Notes: generated by a model not told the origin, from the sequence alone. Counted from the first letter of the stretch, positions 28,769-37,749 are shown. The stretch is 55,282 nt of DNA from an uncultured Verrucomicrobiota bacterium (GCA_964617565.1 CAZTYH010000003.1:13666-68947), one strand, 5' to 3'. Translations and numbers: made by a program.

Positions 28769-31700
28769 GTGAGGGGGTTGTTTGGCCTGGTGTTTGCAGC
28801 GTTGTTGCTTCCCGTTTTCCCTGTTTGCGCGTCGGCGTTGGATAACGGATCATTTGAGCTTCCGTACGGCACGACGAATTGGACCGACAGCGGCTGGTCT
28901 GTGTCCGGCAATGCATGGCGGCTCTATTCCGGGGCCTGGAAGGGGGATCGCGGCGTTCTGATTCCCGGGGATACGGCTGGCGGCGCTACGGTTGCCCAGG
29001 ACATCCCGGCTGCGACGGGCACTTATACTTTTACGGGATGGGTTCGCATACGGCAGGGTACAACCCTGACCAACCTGCAACTTCGATTGGAATGGAAAGA
29101 TTCGAGCGCGAACGATATCGAAGCGCCTGCCGTCAGTACGTATGAACATCTCGAGCGAGACGGCCGCTGGCGGCATATTCATGTCACAGGTTCCTGTGCG
29201 GATCCGCAACTTGATTTCGTGCGCGTGACGTTCGTTTCCGAGCATGACGCCAAAACTTCCGATCCCGCCGGGATTTCGTTTGATCATGCGGAGTGGTATG
29301 AAGGCGGATATACGGGGGTACCTTTTCTCGTTAATGGCGGATTCGAGCAGGGCGGAACGAACGAGACGCGATGGTGGTACGGAAGCCAGTGGGGCGTGAA
29401 TCCGGAAAGCCATGCGAACAGCAGGAGGAATTGGGCGAGGTGTGCCGGGAGCTGGGGGGGGGTGCTGGAGGGATGGGTGCCCGGCTCCTTCACAAGCCGG
29501 TTCTCACAGAGCATCTATCCCATGGGAACCGGGACGTGGAGCTTTCTGATCTATTTGCACCGCGAGCCGGGCTTTGGGCTCAGCAACGCGCAACTCCGCC
29601 TCGAATGGCGGGACCGCTCGGGCACCAATCTTGTGCAGGCGGATTCCGTGGCCGATCTGAGTGTGCCGGAAGACAGCGCATGGTATCGCTACGAAGTTCA
29701 AGGGTCTTGTGGTGACACCAATCTTTTTGAAATCACCGCTGTCGCGGAATTCGTGTACGGTAATGATGCGGGCACCCACGCCATGCGGATGGATGAGGCG
29801 CGGCTTGTTCCCAATGGGTTCACGAATGTGATCCGCACGGATTGGGTATATCACAATCACCTTGATGTGGATCCGCGCATCGAGAGAGTGCCCGGCACCA
29901 ATTCGCCGGGACCGTTTCTGCAAATCAATTACGCGCGCACGGCCACAACGTTCTATGCGATCACTCCAAAAAGCGCGATCGCCCGCTATCCGGATTCGGA
30001 CGGCCAGGCGTGGATTTACATCAGCTACCTTCCTCCCCATCTGCCCGATGTGTCGGGTAATTGGATAACGATCTATGCGCCGATGACAAACATTTCGACC
30101 ATCACGCTGACGACCAACACGTCTTTCCATGGGGCGCCTGTCAGCGGAAGTCTTGATTTCGATTTGTGGCAGTTCGGCTGGCGGCAGCCGTTGAGCAATG
30201 GAGTGCCATATTCCCGCGACGTGAAAGTGTACTACGCGCCCTACCTGAGGGTTTTTCATGGGGGCGTGCCCGAGGACGAAAAATATCTCGTCAGGCTGGA
30301 TGGAGCGTTGACGAACAACTATCCCGAGGGTCCGCAACTTTTTGATCAAGCGCCCTGGGACAAGGACTATTTTCATTACAATCTGGCGCATCAGCCGGTT
30401 GCGGCATTCACCAATGGTGGATTCGAAACACCGGCGACAACCAACTGGGGCGGCGCGTCGTGGCAGGGGTACGGTTCGGCGGCGGTGGACGACTGGTCCG
30501 CTCATTCGGGCAGCCTGGGCGCGTTTCTCCCGGGTTGGTTCACCAATCGGCCGGGCGTGCGTGATTTCAGCGAGTGCGGCGTGATTCAGCCGGTTACGAC
30601 CACGGGAGGGACCTTCACCTTTGCGGCGTGGCTGCGTAGCGATGCGGGCGTGAATCCGCATCGCGTCGAAATGCGGATCGAATGGTATGATACGAACGGG
30701 GTCATGGTTCAGGTTGATCGGCGTGACTTGGCCGGCTTCCCTCGCGACGGAAGCTGGCATCATGCGCACGTCACGGGAATGTGTCTGAGCAACGGATTGG
30801 CGTACCTGGTGCCGGTGGTGTGGGGTCAGTTCTGGGCCCGCACGAACGATCCGGACCGGATACAGGTGGATGATGCGTCGCTTTATGCAGGCATCTACAC
30901 CGGAGTTCATCGGCTGGGCAACGGCGGCTTTGAGCAGGGCAATGGGGTGGAATTTCGCGGGAGCCAATGGTACGTCTGGCCCGAATATGAAGCGGCGTAT
31001 CGTCCGGCATGGGGAGCGCGGATCGGGGAGGTGGCCGCGCAATTCGACGGCAAAATCACCAATGCGCCTACCTACACGCAGATTCTCGCGCAGAATCTCA
31101 CACCCGGCACGGGCACGTATACGTTCAGCATCTGGATCACGCGGGATACCAACTTTATTATGGAGTATGCCGAACTTCGCCTTGGCTGGTACGATCACAC
31201 GTTCACCAACCGCGTACAAGACGATGACGTGGTCATGCTGGATATCCCACCCGATGGGAACTGGCGTGAATATTATGTGACGGGCACCTGCACCAATACA
31301 GCCCTTTACGAAGTTCGGTCTGTGGTGGATATGGGGTTCGAGCAGAACACAAACGATGGCTCAACCTGCCGTTTTGATGCGGCCCGATTTCTGAGTGGAG
31401 AGTATTATCCGTTGATCCGGCGCGATTGGACTTATCATCACGCCGGGCCGGTAGCTCCCGATCTCGAGCAGGTGCCACGGTCTGGAGCCGGCTCCTTCAG
31501 GCAGGTTGATTATGCAAGAACAACGACCACCTTCTACGTGATGACGGATTATCCGGACTTTGCGTCCGAGCCCGGACAGACCGGCATGGTGTACCTGCGG
31601 ACCAGTTACTATCATCCGGTTTCCAATGAATGGGTTGATCTTGTGGCGCCGATGCAGGATTCCGGCACCCTGGACCTGGAAGAAAGCGATCGTTTCCATG

Positions 31701-32347
31701 GATGGCCTGTAAGCGGATCGAAGACATTGCAACTCTACGAATATAAATGGACGCAGCCGTTGTCCGGCACAGGCGAGCCGCTGACGGATCCGATCTGGGT
31801 TTACTATACGCCGGTGCTGCGCGTGTACGAAGATGGTGAGGAGGCTGATTATCTCTGGCTTGTGCAGTCCGGAGTCGTGACCAATGCCTATCCGGAGAAC
31901 CCTCAGTTGTTCGACAGCACGTTTTATGGACGTGATTATGGATACAGTCAGGCTTGGACGACGGACCAGGACGAGGATGGCCTGCCCGATTTGTGGGAGC
32001 TGTTGTATTTCGATTCCATTGCCGATTGTCATCCGGCGGTGGACAGCGATGATGACGATTGGACGAACTTCGAGGAATACATTTCGGATACGAACCCGAG
32101 AGACGAAAATTCCTATTATCGCGGCAGGATCACGCTTCTGCGAGGTGGGTCGGTGATGGAAATGCTGCAGCAGGGGCCGACGACAAACAGCAGGCGATAT
32201 GATGTCTGGTCCACCACGAATCTGGTCGAAGGTGGACCGTGGGTCCGGTACGGGCACGAGGTTCCGGGGGGTGGCGGCGACTTGTGGATGGTCGTCACCA
32301 ATGAAGGGCCCCAGCGCTTTTTCCGCACCGGCGTCAAACTGCCATAG
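28769..32347 (+). CDS. Large secreted protein with an internally duplicated [CBM4/9-like, CBM4/9-like, unknown domain] unit, then a TSP3-like motif and a C-terminal beta-sandwich
   Basis: Signal peptide with a GTG start and a GGAGGGAG Shine-Dalgarno. Four modules begin with NGSFE or NGGFE, which is the usual opening of a carbohydrate-binding module. The protein ends with DQDEDGLPDLWELLYF...DSDDDDWTNFEEYISDTNP and ...QRFFRTGVKLP. Confidence 0.7.
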   Translation: MRGLFGLVFAALLLPVFPVCASALDNGSFELPYGTTNWTDSGWSVSGNAWRLYSGAWKGDRGVLIPGDTAGGATVAQDIPAATGTYTFTGWVRIRQGTTLTNLQLRLEWKDSSANDIEAPAVSTYEHLERDGRWRHIHVTGSCADPQLDFVRVTFVSEHDAKTSDPAGISFDHAEWYEGGYTGVPFLVNGGFEQGGTNETRWWYGSQWGVNPESHANSRRNWARCAGSWGGVLEGWVPGSFTSRFSQSIYPMGTGTWSFLIYLHREPGFGLSNAQLRLEWRDRSGTNLVQADSVADLSVPEDSAWYRYEVQGSCGDTNLFEITAVAEFVYGNDAGTHAMRMDEARLVPNGFTNVIRTDWVYHNHLDVDPRIERVPGTNSPGPFLQINYARTATTFYAITPKSAIARYPDSDGQAWIYISYLPPHLPDVSGNWITIYAPMTNISTITLTTNTSFHGAPVSGSLDFDLWQFGWRQPLSNGVPYSRDVKVYYAPYLRVFHGGVPEDEKYLVRLDGALTNNYPEGPQLFDQAPWDKDYFHYNLAHQPVAAFTNGGFETPATTNWGGASWQGYGSAAVDDWSAHSGSLGAFLPGWFTNRPGVRDFSECGVIQPVTTTGGTFTFAAWLRSDAGVNPHRVEMRIEWYDTNGVMVQVDRRDLAGFPRDGSWHHAHVTGMCLSNGLAYLVPVVWGQFWARTNDPDRIQVDDASLYAGIYTGVHRLGNGGFEQGNGVEFRGSQWYVWPEYEAAYRPAWGARIGEVAAQFDGKITNAPTYTQILAQNLTPGTGTYTFSIWITRDTNFIMEYAELRLGWYDHTFTNRVQDDDVVMLDIPPDGNWREYYVTGTCTNTALYEVRSVVDMGFEQNTNDGSTCRFDAARFLSGEYYPLIRRDWTYHHAGPVAPDLEQVPRSGAGSFRQVDYARTTTTFYVMTDYPDFASEPGQTGMVYLRTSYYHPVSNEWVDLVAPMQDSGTLDLEESDRFHGWPVSGSKTLQLYEYKWTQPLSGTGEPLTDPIWVYYTPVLRVYEDGEEADYLWLVQSGVVTNAYPENPQLFDSTFYGRDYGYSQAWTTDQDEDGLPDLWELLYFDSIADCHPAVDSDDDDWTNFEEYISDTNPRDENSYYRGRITLLRGGSVMEMLQQGPTTNSRRYDVWSTTNLVEGGPWVRYGHEVPGGGGDLWMVVTNEGPQRFFRTGVKLP

Positions 32348-32422
32348 TTCCCGTGGTTGACCTTGTGCGCGGCATCGCGTATTCCTTTTCGACTTTCGTT
32401 TTGAAGGGAAAGGAGTTTTAGC

Positions 32423-33523
32423 GTGTCTTTTGAAGGTGGTTCGATCAGTTTTCGTCTCTTTTATCTCCCCCGCGATCTGCCCAACAACGCGGTTGAGCGG
32501 TTCACAAAGTTTGTCGTGCCGCCGCTGCAGCATCTGAAAGAAGCGCCGGTGAATGGATGGGTAACCGGCCGGCACTTGCTCGACCGGCAGATCAACAAGG
32601 ATACCGCTTACTTCGGTGGGTATCTCCGAATGACGCTCATGCGGGCAGAACGCAAGATCCCCACGTCGCTGTTCCGCGCGGAATGCCGCATGGAGGAGTT
32701 GGCGCGCCAGCAGGCGATGGGTGTTGCGGCGTTGCCTGCCAAGATTCGAGGGGAGATCAAGAAACAGATCACGGAGCGTTTACTGCCCACGATGCCTCCC
32801 ACGCTGAAGGGCATTACTCTTGTTTACGATGAAAACAGCCGATTGATGTTCGTGTCGGCGCTGTCCGAGAAACAGGTCGAAGCCTTCAATGTTTCCTTCG
32901 GGCAGACCATGCAGATGCAACCGATCCTGCTGACGCCATCCTCCATGGCGGCTTGGCGGCGCAAGGTGGACGTGCGCGATTGGGATCCGGCGTCGTTTTC
33001 GCCGGAAGTGGAAAGCGAGCCGGGCGAGGAGACCGTGGGGCTCGACTTTCTGACCTGGCTGTTGTTTGCGTCCGAGGCGCGCGGCGGAATCTTTCAGGTT
33101 CCGGATATCGGTGAAGTGGGCGTGATGGTGGAAGGGCCTTTGATGTTTGTCATGGAAGGGGCGGGCGCTCACGAAGCGGTATTGCGGAAAGGCGAGCCGG
33201 TGTTCAGCGTCGAAGCCAAGACGGCCCTGATGAGCGGAAAGAAGCTGCGTCGCGCGAAGGTCAGTTTCGCGCGCGGGAACGAAACATGGCAATGCACTCT
33301 GGACGCGCAGGATTTCGCCTTCCGGAGCTTGCGGTTGCCGGATACCGAGGCGCTGGATCCCGTCGGCCGATTCCAGGAGCGCATGCGTCACCTCGATACC
33401 TTTAACGGGGTCTTGTTCGGCATGTACGAGCGGTTTCTGGACGAGCGTGCGGATGCAGGGCGGTGGGCAAGCACTCTCAAGGAAGTGCACAAGTGGCTGG
33501 CTGATCGCGGTGCGCGGAAGTAG
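32423..33523 (+). CDS. RdgC-like recombination-associated protein
   Basis: 366 aa and collinear by eye with E. coli RdgC: N-terminal F+L, GWV, RKEEKILP versus RAERKIPTS, and LLPR versus LLPT. GTG start with an AAAGGAG Shine-Dalgarno. Confidence 0.5.
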   Translation: MSFEGGSISFRLFYLPRDLPNNAVERFTKFVVPPLQHLKEAPVNGWVTGRHLLDRQINKDTAYFGGYLRMTLMRAERKIPTSLFRAECRMEELARQQAMGVAALPAKIRGEIKKQITERLLPTMPPTLKGITLVYDENSRLMFVSALSEKQVEAFNVSFGQTMQMQPILLTPSSMAAWRRKVDVRDWDPASFSPEVESEPGEETVGLDFLTWLLFASEARGGIFQVPDIGEVGVMVEGPLMFVMEGAGAHEAVLRKGEPVFSVEAKTALMSGKKLRRAKVSFARGNETWQCTLDAQDFAFRSLRLPDTEALDPVGRFQERMRHLDTFNGVLFGMYERFLDERADAGRWASTLKEVHKWLADRGARK

Positions 33524-33869
33524 TTGCCGGCGAAATTTTCCAATCCCTGGAAAAACTCCCGAAAATATTTCCAATGTCTGGAAGAAAGCATTTTGCTTTC
33601 GACGATGTTCCGCAGGAACGAAGACCGATGCGATCGCTTGAAGAGCCCTCTTCCCCGCAGGCCGGCCGCTCTTGTCCCGGCTTCATTCCTTCAGATCTGC
33701 GCCGTGATGCGAGAGCGCTTCCCACAGGAAGAGAAGCCGTTTTGTTTCCCATGCCCGACACGCCTTGAGAACTGCGAGCCACGTAGCGCGAACCTCCTGG
33801 CTCGCGTGTGAAGGCTCGGCCCCCATTTATCATCTCTCTTCCTCCCAACAGGATGTCCATTGTCACGCG

Positions 33870-33913
33870 GACCTTATCAGCTTATGCGCATATGCGCATA
33901 AGCTGATAAGGTC
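33870..33913. repeat. Perfect 44-bp palindrome (22 + 22 nt with no loop)
   Basis: GACCTTATCAGCTTATGCGCAT|ATGCGCATAAGCTGATAAGGTC. Every position is self-complementary. It lies in a ~580-bp gap with no convincing ORF. Confidence 0.95.
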
Positions 33914-34036
33914 AGAAGAGAGAGCGGTGGAGTTTCTGAAAAGAGGGGGTGGTTTGGGTCGGGTGAGTGGGCGTGGTGGGGTCGGGCATTGAATGCGCAT
34001 GGATATTTTGAGCAGGAGCGGGACTTGAGCGGTGTC

Positions 34037-34065
34037 TTGAACGCGATGCGAAAAGCTATTAGGAT
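34037..34065 (+). promoter_or_regulatory. sigma70-type promoter candidate for pyk (TTGAAC-N17-TAGGAT)
   Basis: TTGAAC at 34037-34042, a 17-nt spacer, and TAGGAT at 34060-34065. It lies about 37 nt upstream of the pyk start. Confidence 0.35.
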
Positions 34066-34101
34066 CGGCGATGCCGTTCAACGTGCCTGTTGAGGTGAGA
34101 T

Positions 34102-35517
34102 ATGCGAATGACGAAAATAGTCTGCACCATTGGACCTGCTACCGATACCCCGGAGCGGATCGAGCAGTTGCTTCGCGCGGGGATGAATGTCGCGCGGCTT
34201 AACTTCTCGCACGGTACACAGGCGGAAAAAGGAAAAACCCTCCGGCTGATTCGTAATACAGCGGCGCGGCTTGGGCTGCCGATTGCGATCCTGCAGGACC
34301 TTGCCGGCCCCAAGATCAGAACCGGCATCATCGAGAACGGCCCGATTCAGTTGGAGTCCGGACAAACATTCATTCTCACCGGGCGGCGCGTGAAAGGAAA
34401 TGAGAAAGAGGTCTCCGTGACCTATGCCGGCCTCCCGAACGATGTGCGCACGGGCGATACGATCCTTCTGAGCGACGGCGCGCTCGAGTTGGTGGTGAAG
34501 GAAGTAAAAGGAAAAGACATTCGTTGCCGCGTGGTGGTCGGGGGCCCGCTCAGTTCGCACAAGGGCATCAACCTGCCCGGGGGTTCCGTCCGCGCGGCGA
34601 TCCTCACGAAAAAGGATCGCAGCGATCTTGCCTACGGCCTGGCTCGTGGCGTTGATTTCGTCGCTCTTTCATTTGTCCGCACCGCCAAGGATGTGGAGGT
34701 CACCCGCCGGCTGATGAAACGTCTCGGCCGCTCGGTCCCGCTGATCGCAAAGATAGAGAAGCATGAAGCGGTCAATAACATTGACCGGATTCTCGAGGTG
34801 GTGGACGGCGTGATGGTGGCGCGCGGAGACCTGGGCGTTGAAATCCCGATTGAAGATGTGCCGCGTGTGCAGAAAATGGTTATCGAAAAAGCAAACCGTG
34901 CCGGCAAGCCGGTGATCACCGCAACGCAGATGCTGAAATCCATGGTGGATAATCCGCGTCCGACAAGGGCGGAAGTGACCGATGTGGCCAACGCGATCCT
35001 CGACGGCAGCGACGCGGTAATGCTATCGGAGGAAACGGCGGCGGGCGGATATCCCGTACAGGCTGTGCAAGTCATGTCCCGTGTGGCGCGTGCAACCGAG
35101 GCCGGTTTCCCGTATCGCGTGTGGACATCAAAATTCGACCACGGTGAGCCCATGGATTCACAATTGGCCGTTGCCCACGTCGCTTGCCATCTTGCGGAAG
35201 AGATTCATGCGGCCGCCATTATCACATGCACGCAGTCGGGCAGCACGACGCGCATGGTATCGCGATACCGCCCGCCGCAACCGATCCTTGCGATGACGCC
35301 GGACGAACATATATACCGCCGGCTGTCCCTGGTGTGGGGTGCGGTGCCCGTTCTGATGAAACCGGCGCGGACGGCAGACAGTATGGAGCGGCAGGCGGTG
35401 CGGCTTGCCGTCAAACAGGCCGGCCTCAGGACCGGTCAGACGGTTGTTCTGACGGCGGGTCTGCCGTTGCATGTGCCGGGCACGACGAACCTGGTGAAAG
35501 TGATGAAATTGAGCTGA
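34102..35517 (+). CDS. pyk: Pyruvate kinase
   Basis: Has KIVCTIGPA, NFSHG, and MVARGDLGVEIP. Length is 471 aa. Confidence 0.95.
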   Translation: MRMTKIVCTIGPATDTPERIEQLLRAGMNVARLNFSHGTQAEKGKTLRLIRNTAARLGLPIAILQDLAGPKIRTGIIENGPIQLESGQTFILTGRRVKGNEKEVSVTYAGLPNDVRTGDTILLSDGALELVVKEVKGKDIRCRVVVGGPLSSHKGINLPGGSVRAAILTKKDRSDLAYGLARGVDFVALSFVRTAKDVEVTRRLMKRLGRSVPLIAKIEKHEAVNNIDRILEVVDGVMVARGDLGVEIPIEDVPRVQKMVIEKANRAGKPVITATQMLKSMVDNPRPTRAEVTDVANAILDGSDAVMLSEETAAGGYPVQAVQVMSRVARATEAGFPYRVWTSKFDHGEPMDSQLAVAHVACHLAEEIHAAAIITCTQSGSTTRMVSRYRPPQPILAMTPDEHIYRRLSLVWGAVPVLMKPARTADSMERQAVRLAVKQAGLRTGQTVVLTAGLPLHVPGTTNLVKVMKLS

Positions 35518-35537
35518 TGGCCTGGAGGATTTGAACT

Positions 35538-36176
35538 GTGAATGAATTGAAGGATCTCTTAGACGGCAACAAAGCATGGGCCGAGCGGGTCAAGAAAGAG
35601 AATCCCCATTTTTTCGAGACGCTTTCAAAGCAACAGGCACCCGAGTATTTATGGATCGGTTGCTCCGATAGCCGCGTGCCCGCCAACGAGATTGTCGGGC
35701 TTCTCCCCGGGGAGCTTTTAGTTCACCGGAACGTGGCGAATCTGGTCATTCACACCGATCTCAACTGCCTCAGCGTGTTGCAGTATGCGGTGGATGTGTT
35801 GAAGGTCCGTCACGTGATTGTCTGCGGTCATTACGGCTGCGGCGGTGTTAAGGCCGCGATGGGGTCAGAATCCTACGGGCTGATAGACAACTGGTTGCGT
35901 CACTTGAAGGATGTCTATCAGAAATACGCCGCGCAATTGGATGCCATCACGGACGACCATGCGCGCCTGGAGCGATTTTGCGAGCTGAACATTATCGAGC
36001 AGGTTCGTAACGTGTGCCAGACAACGGTCGTGCAGGAAGCATGGCAACGAGGGCAGGAAGTTTCCGTGCATGGACTGGCTTACAGTCTCGAGGATGGTTT
36101 GCTGCGCGACCTTCGCCTGTGTATTTCCTGCGCGGGCGATCTGTCGTCAGCGACTTGTTCAGATTGCGCGCGATGA
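35538..36176 (+). CDS. can: Beta-class carbonic anhydrase
   Basis: Has the CSDSRVP and VCGHYGCGGV zinc-ligand motifs. GTG start. Confidence 0.9.
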   Translation: MNELKDLLDGNKAWAERVKKENPHFFETLSKQQAPEYLWIGCSDSRVPANEIVGLLPGELLVHRNVANLVIHTDLNCLSVLQYAVDVLKVRHVIVCGHYGCGGVKAAMGSESYGLIDNWLRHLKDVYQKYAAQLDAITDDHARLERFCELNIIEQVRNVCQTTVVQEAWQRGQEVSVHGLAYSLEDGLLRDLRLCISCAGDLSSATCSDCAR

Positions 36177-36237
36177 CGGTTTTGGGATAGAAATAGGGGC
36201 CTCAGCGCTATGAGACATCGGAAAGGTTCGCATTAGG

Positions 36238-37029
36238 ATGAGCATCTGGCTTGGACGAATCGGTGCGAACGCCATCGGCAAGCTGCGGATTCACAGCGAT
36301 ACCGCGGCGATTGTCTGGGGCGTTTTCTGCGCTGCGTTTCGCCGGGACACCTGGCCGCGAACCGTTCGGAATGTCTTTGCCCGGCAGATTCTTTTCACCG
36401 GTTATGAGGCTTCCCGCTTTATTGCCCTGCTGGCTGTCATGGTCGGCATTTCCGTCGTCGTTCAAATGCAGGTCTGGTTGGCGCGGGTGGGGCAGACCGG
36501 TTTGCTCGGTCCCGTGCTGGTGATGGTTATTGTGCGGGAGTTGGGGCCGTTGCTGGTCAACTTCATCGTTCTGGGCCGAAGCGGAACCGCGATGGCCACG
36601 GAACTGGGCAACATGAAAGTGGCCGGCGAGGTGAACGTGTTGGATGCGCAGGGATTGGATCCTTTCATCTACCTCGTGGTGCCGCGCGTACTGGGGATGG
36701 CGATTTCCGTTTTCTGCCTCACGATCATTTTTATTATCGTATCCTTTTTCAGCGGTTATTTAATCGGCCTGCTCCTGGGTGCTAATCCCGGACCGTTCGT
36801 TCTCTTTGTGGAAAGCGTTTTCCGCGCGGTCAGTCCGCAAGACGTGGTGAACGTGCTGGTGAAAACGTTCATCCCCGGCGCGATGACGGGCGTGATCTGT
36901 TGCATGGAAGGCCTGAGCGTGGAGGCATCCATAACGGAGGTGCCTCAGGTGATGACGCGAGCCGTGGTGCGCTCGGTGGGTGCTTTGTTTGTGGTTTCGG
37001 CCATCATGTCTATTTTGACGTATGTATAG
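36238..37029 (+). CDS. mlaE: MlaE-family ABC transporter permease
   Basis: 263 aa with VRELGPLL...GRSGTAMATELGNMKV..E...L...G, which is characteristic of MlaE/TGD1 permeases. Confidence 0.85.
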   Translation: MSIWLGRIGANAIGKLRIHSDTAAIVWGVFCAAFRRDTWPRTVRNVFARQILFTGYEASRFIALLAVMVGISVVVQMQVWLARVGQTGLLGPVLVMVIVRELGPLLVNFIVLGRSGTAMATELGNMKVAGEVNVLDAQGLDPFIYLVVPRVLGMAISVFCLTIIFIIVSFFSGYLIGLLLGANPGPFVLFVESVFRAVSPQDVVNVLVKTFIPGAMTGVICCMEGLSVEASITEVPQVMTRAVVRSVGALFVVSAIMSILTYV

Positions 37030-37032
37030 CGT

Positions 37033-37749
37033 TTGCGGACACGAGAGGTGCGCGTGGCACAAGAGCCAATCATTAGATTCGAAGAGGTCACGATCGAGGT
37101 GCGACCTCCGTTTGATGCCGGTCTTCGCTCTTTTTCGTGCGCGATCAGGCCGGGAGAGTTGCTTGCCGTGCACGTGGCGGATGGATATGGGCATATACCC
37201 CTGGCAAGTGCCGCACAGGGATTGATCACGCCGGATAGCGGCCGTGTTTTCATCAAAGGCGAAGATTGGAGCCTTGTGTCTCCGCTTCGCGCAGCGGAAT
37301 GCCGGGGGAAGACCGGCCGCGTTTTCGAGGAACACGGATGGGTGAGCAACCTCGATATGGATGAAAATATCACCCTTTCGGAGCGCCATCATACGCTTCG
37401 GCCCGAGGACGAGATTATTGCGGAGGCGCGTGAATTGGCCCGCCGGTTCGGTCTCCGGGAACTCCCCGCCGGGCGCGCGGGGATTTTGAAGCGCGCAGAC
37501 CGGCGCCGCGCGGAGTGGGTGCGCGCCTTCCTGGGCAGTCCGCTGCTGATCCTCCTGGAGCATCCGATGCGTGACGTCTACGAGGAGGCGCGCGCGAGCT
37601 TGTTGGACGAGGTTCGCGCGGCGAAAAATCGCGGCGCGGGAGTCATTTGGATTTTATCGGATCCTGTGTCATGGAAAGCTGTTTCTGAAATCGCAAATTA
37701 CAAGCTGAAGCAAAATGGAGCCGACCTGGTTCCTGCGGAGGGGATGTGA
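37033..37749 (+). CDS. MlaF-position ABC-ATPase-like protein with all nucleotide-binding motifs degenerate
   Basis: The length and layout match an ABC nucleotide-binding domain (IIRFEEVTI, GELLAV, ITPDSGRVFIKGEDW). The Walker A position reads VADGYGHIP and has no GK[ST]. The Q-loop reads FE. The signature position reads LKRAD rather than LSGGQ. Walker B reads LILLEHP rather than DEP. The H-loop position reads SDP. Alternative GTG starts lie at 37048 and 37054. Confidence 0.6.
   Translation: MRTREVRVAQEPIIRFEEVTIEVRPPFDAGLRSFSCAIRPGELLAVHVADGYGHIPLASAAQGLITPDSGRVFIKGEDWSLVSPLRAAECRGKTGRVFEEHGWVSNLDMDENITLSERHHTLRPEDEIIAEARELARRFGLRELPAGRAGILKRADRRRAEWVRAFLGSPLLILLEHPMRDVYEEARASLLDEVRAAKNRGAGVIWILSDPVSWKAVSEIANYKLKQNGADLVPAEGM

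Noticed and set aside
29504-31219. 571-aa ORF antisense to the CBM-repeat protein. Other long antisense ORFs of the same kind lie at 5770-6864, 21559-23025, 25838-27028, 31361-32575, 24400-25455, 38243-39094 and 53757-54647.
   Set aside because: All have Arg/Pro-rich, motif-free translations and fully overlap well-supported genes on the other strand. They are stop-codon-depleted GC artefacts.
33477-33866. ORFs of 129 aa (minus strand) and 64-95 aa (plus strand) in the rdgC-pyk gap.
   Set aside because: They are low-complexity, have no Shine-Dalgarno and cross the dyad repeats. I treat the region as non-coding, possibly regulatory or ncRNA.
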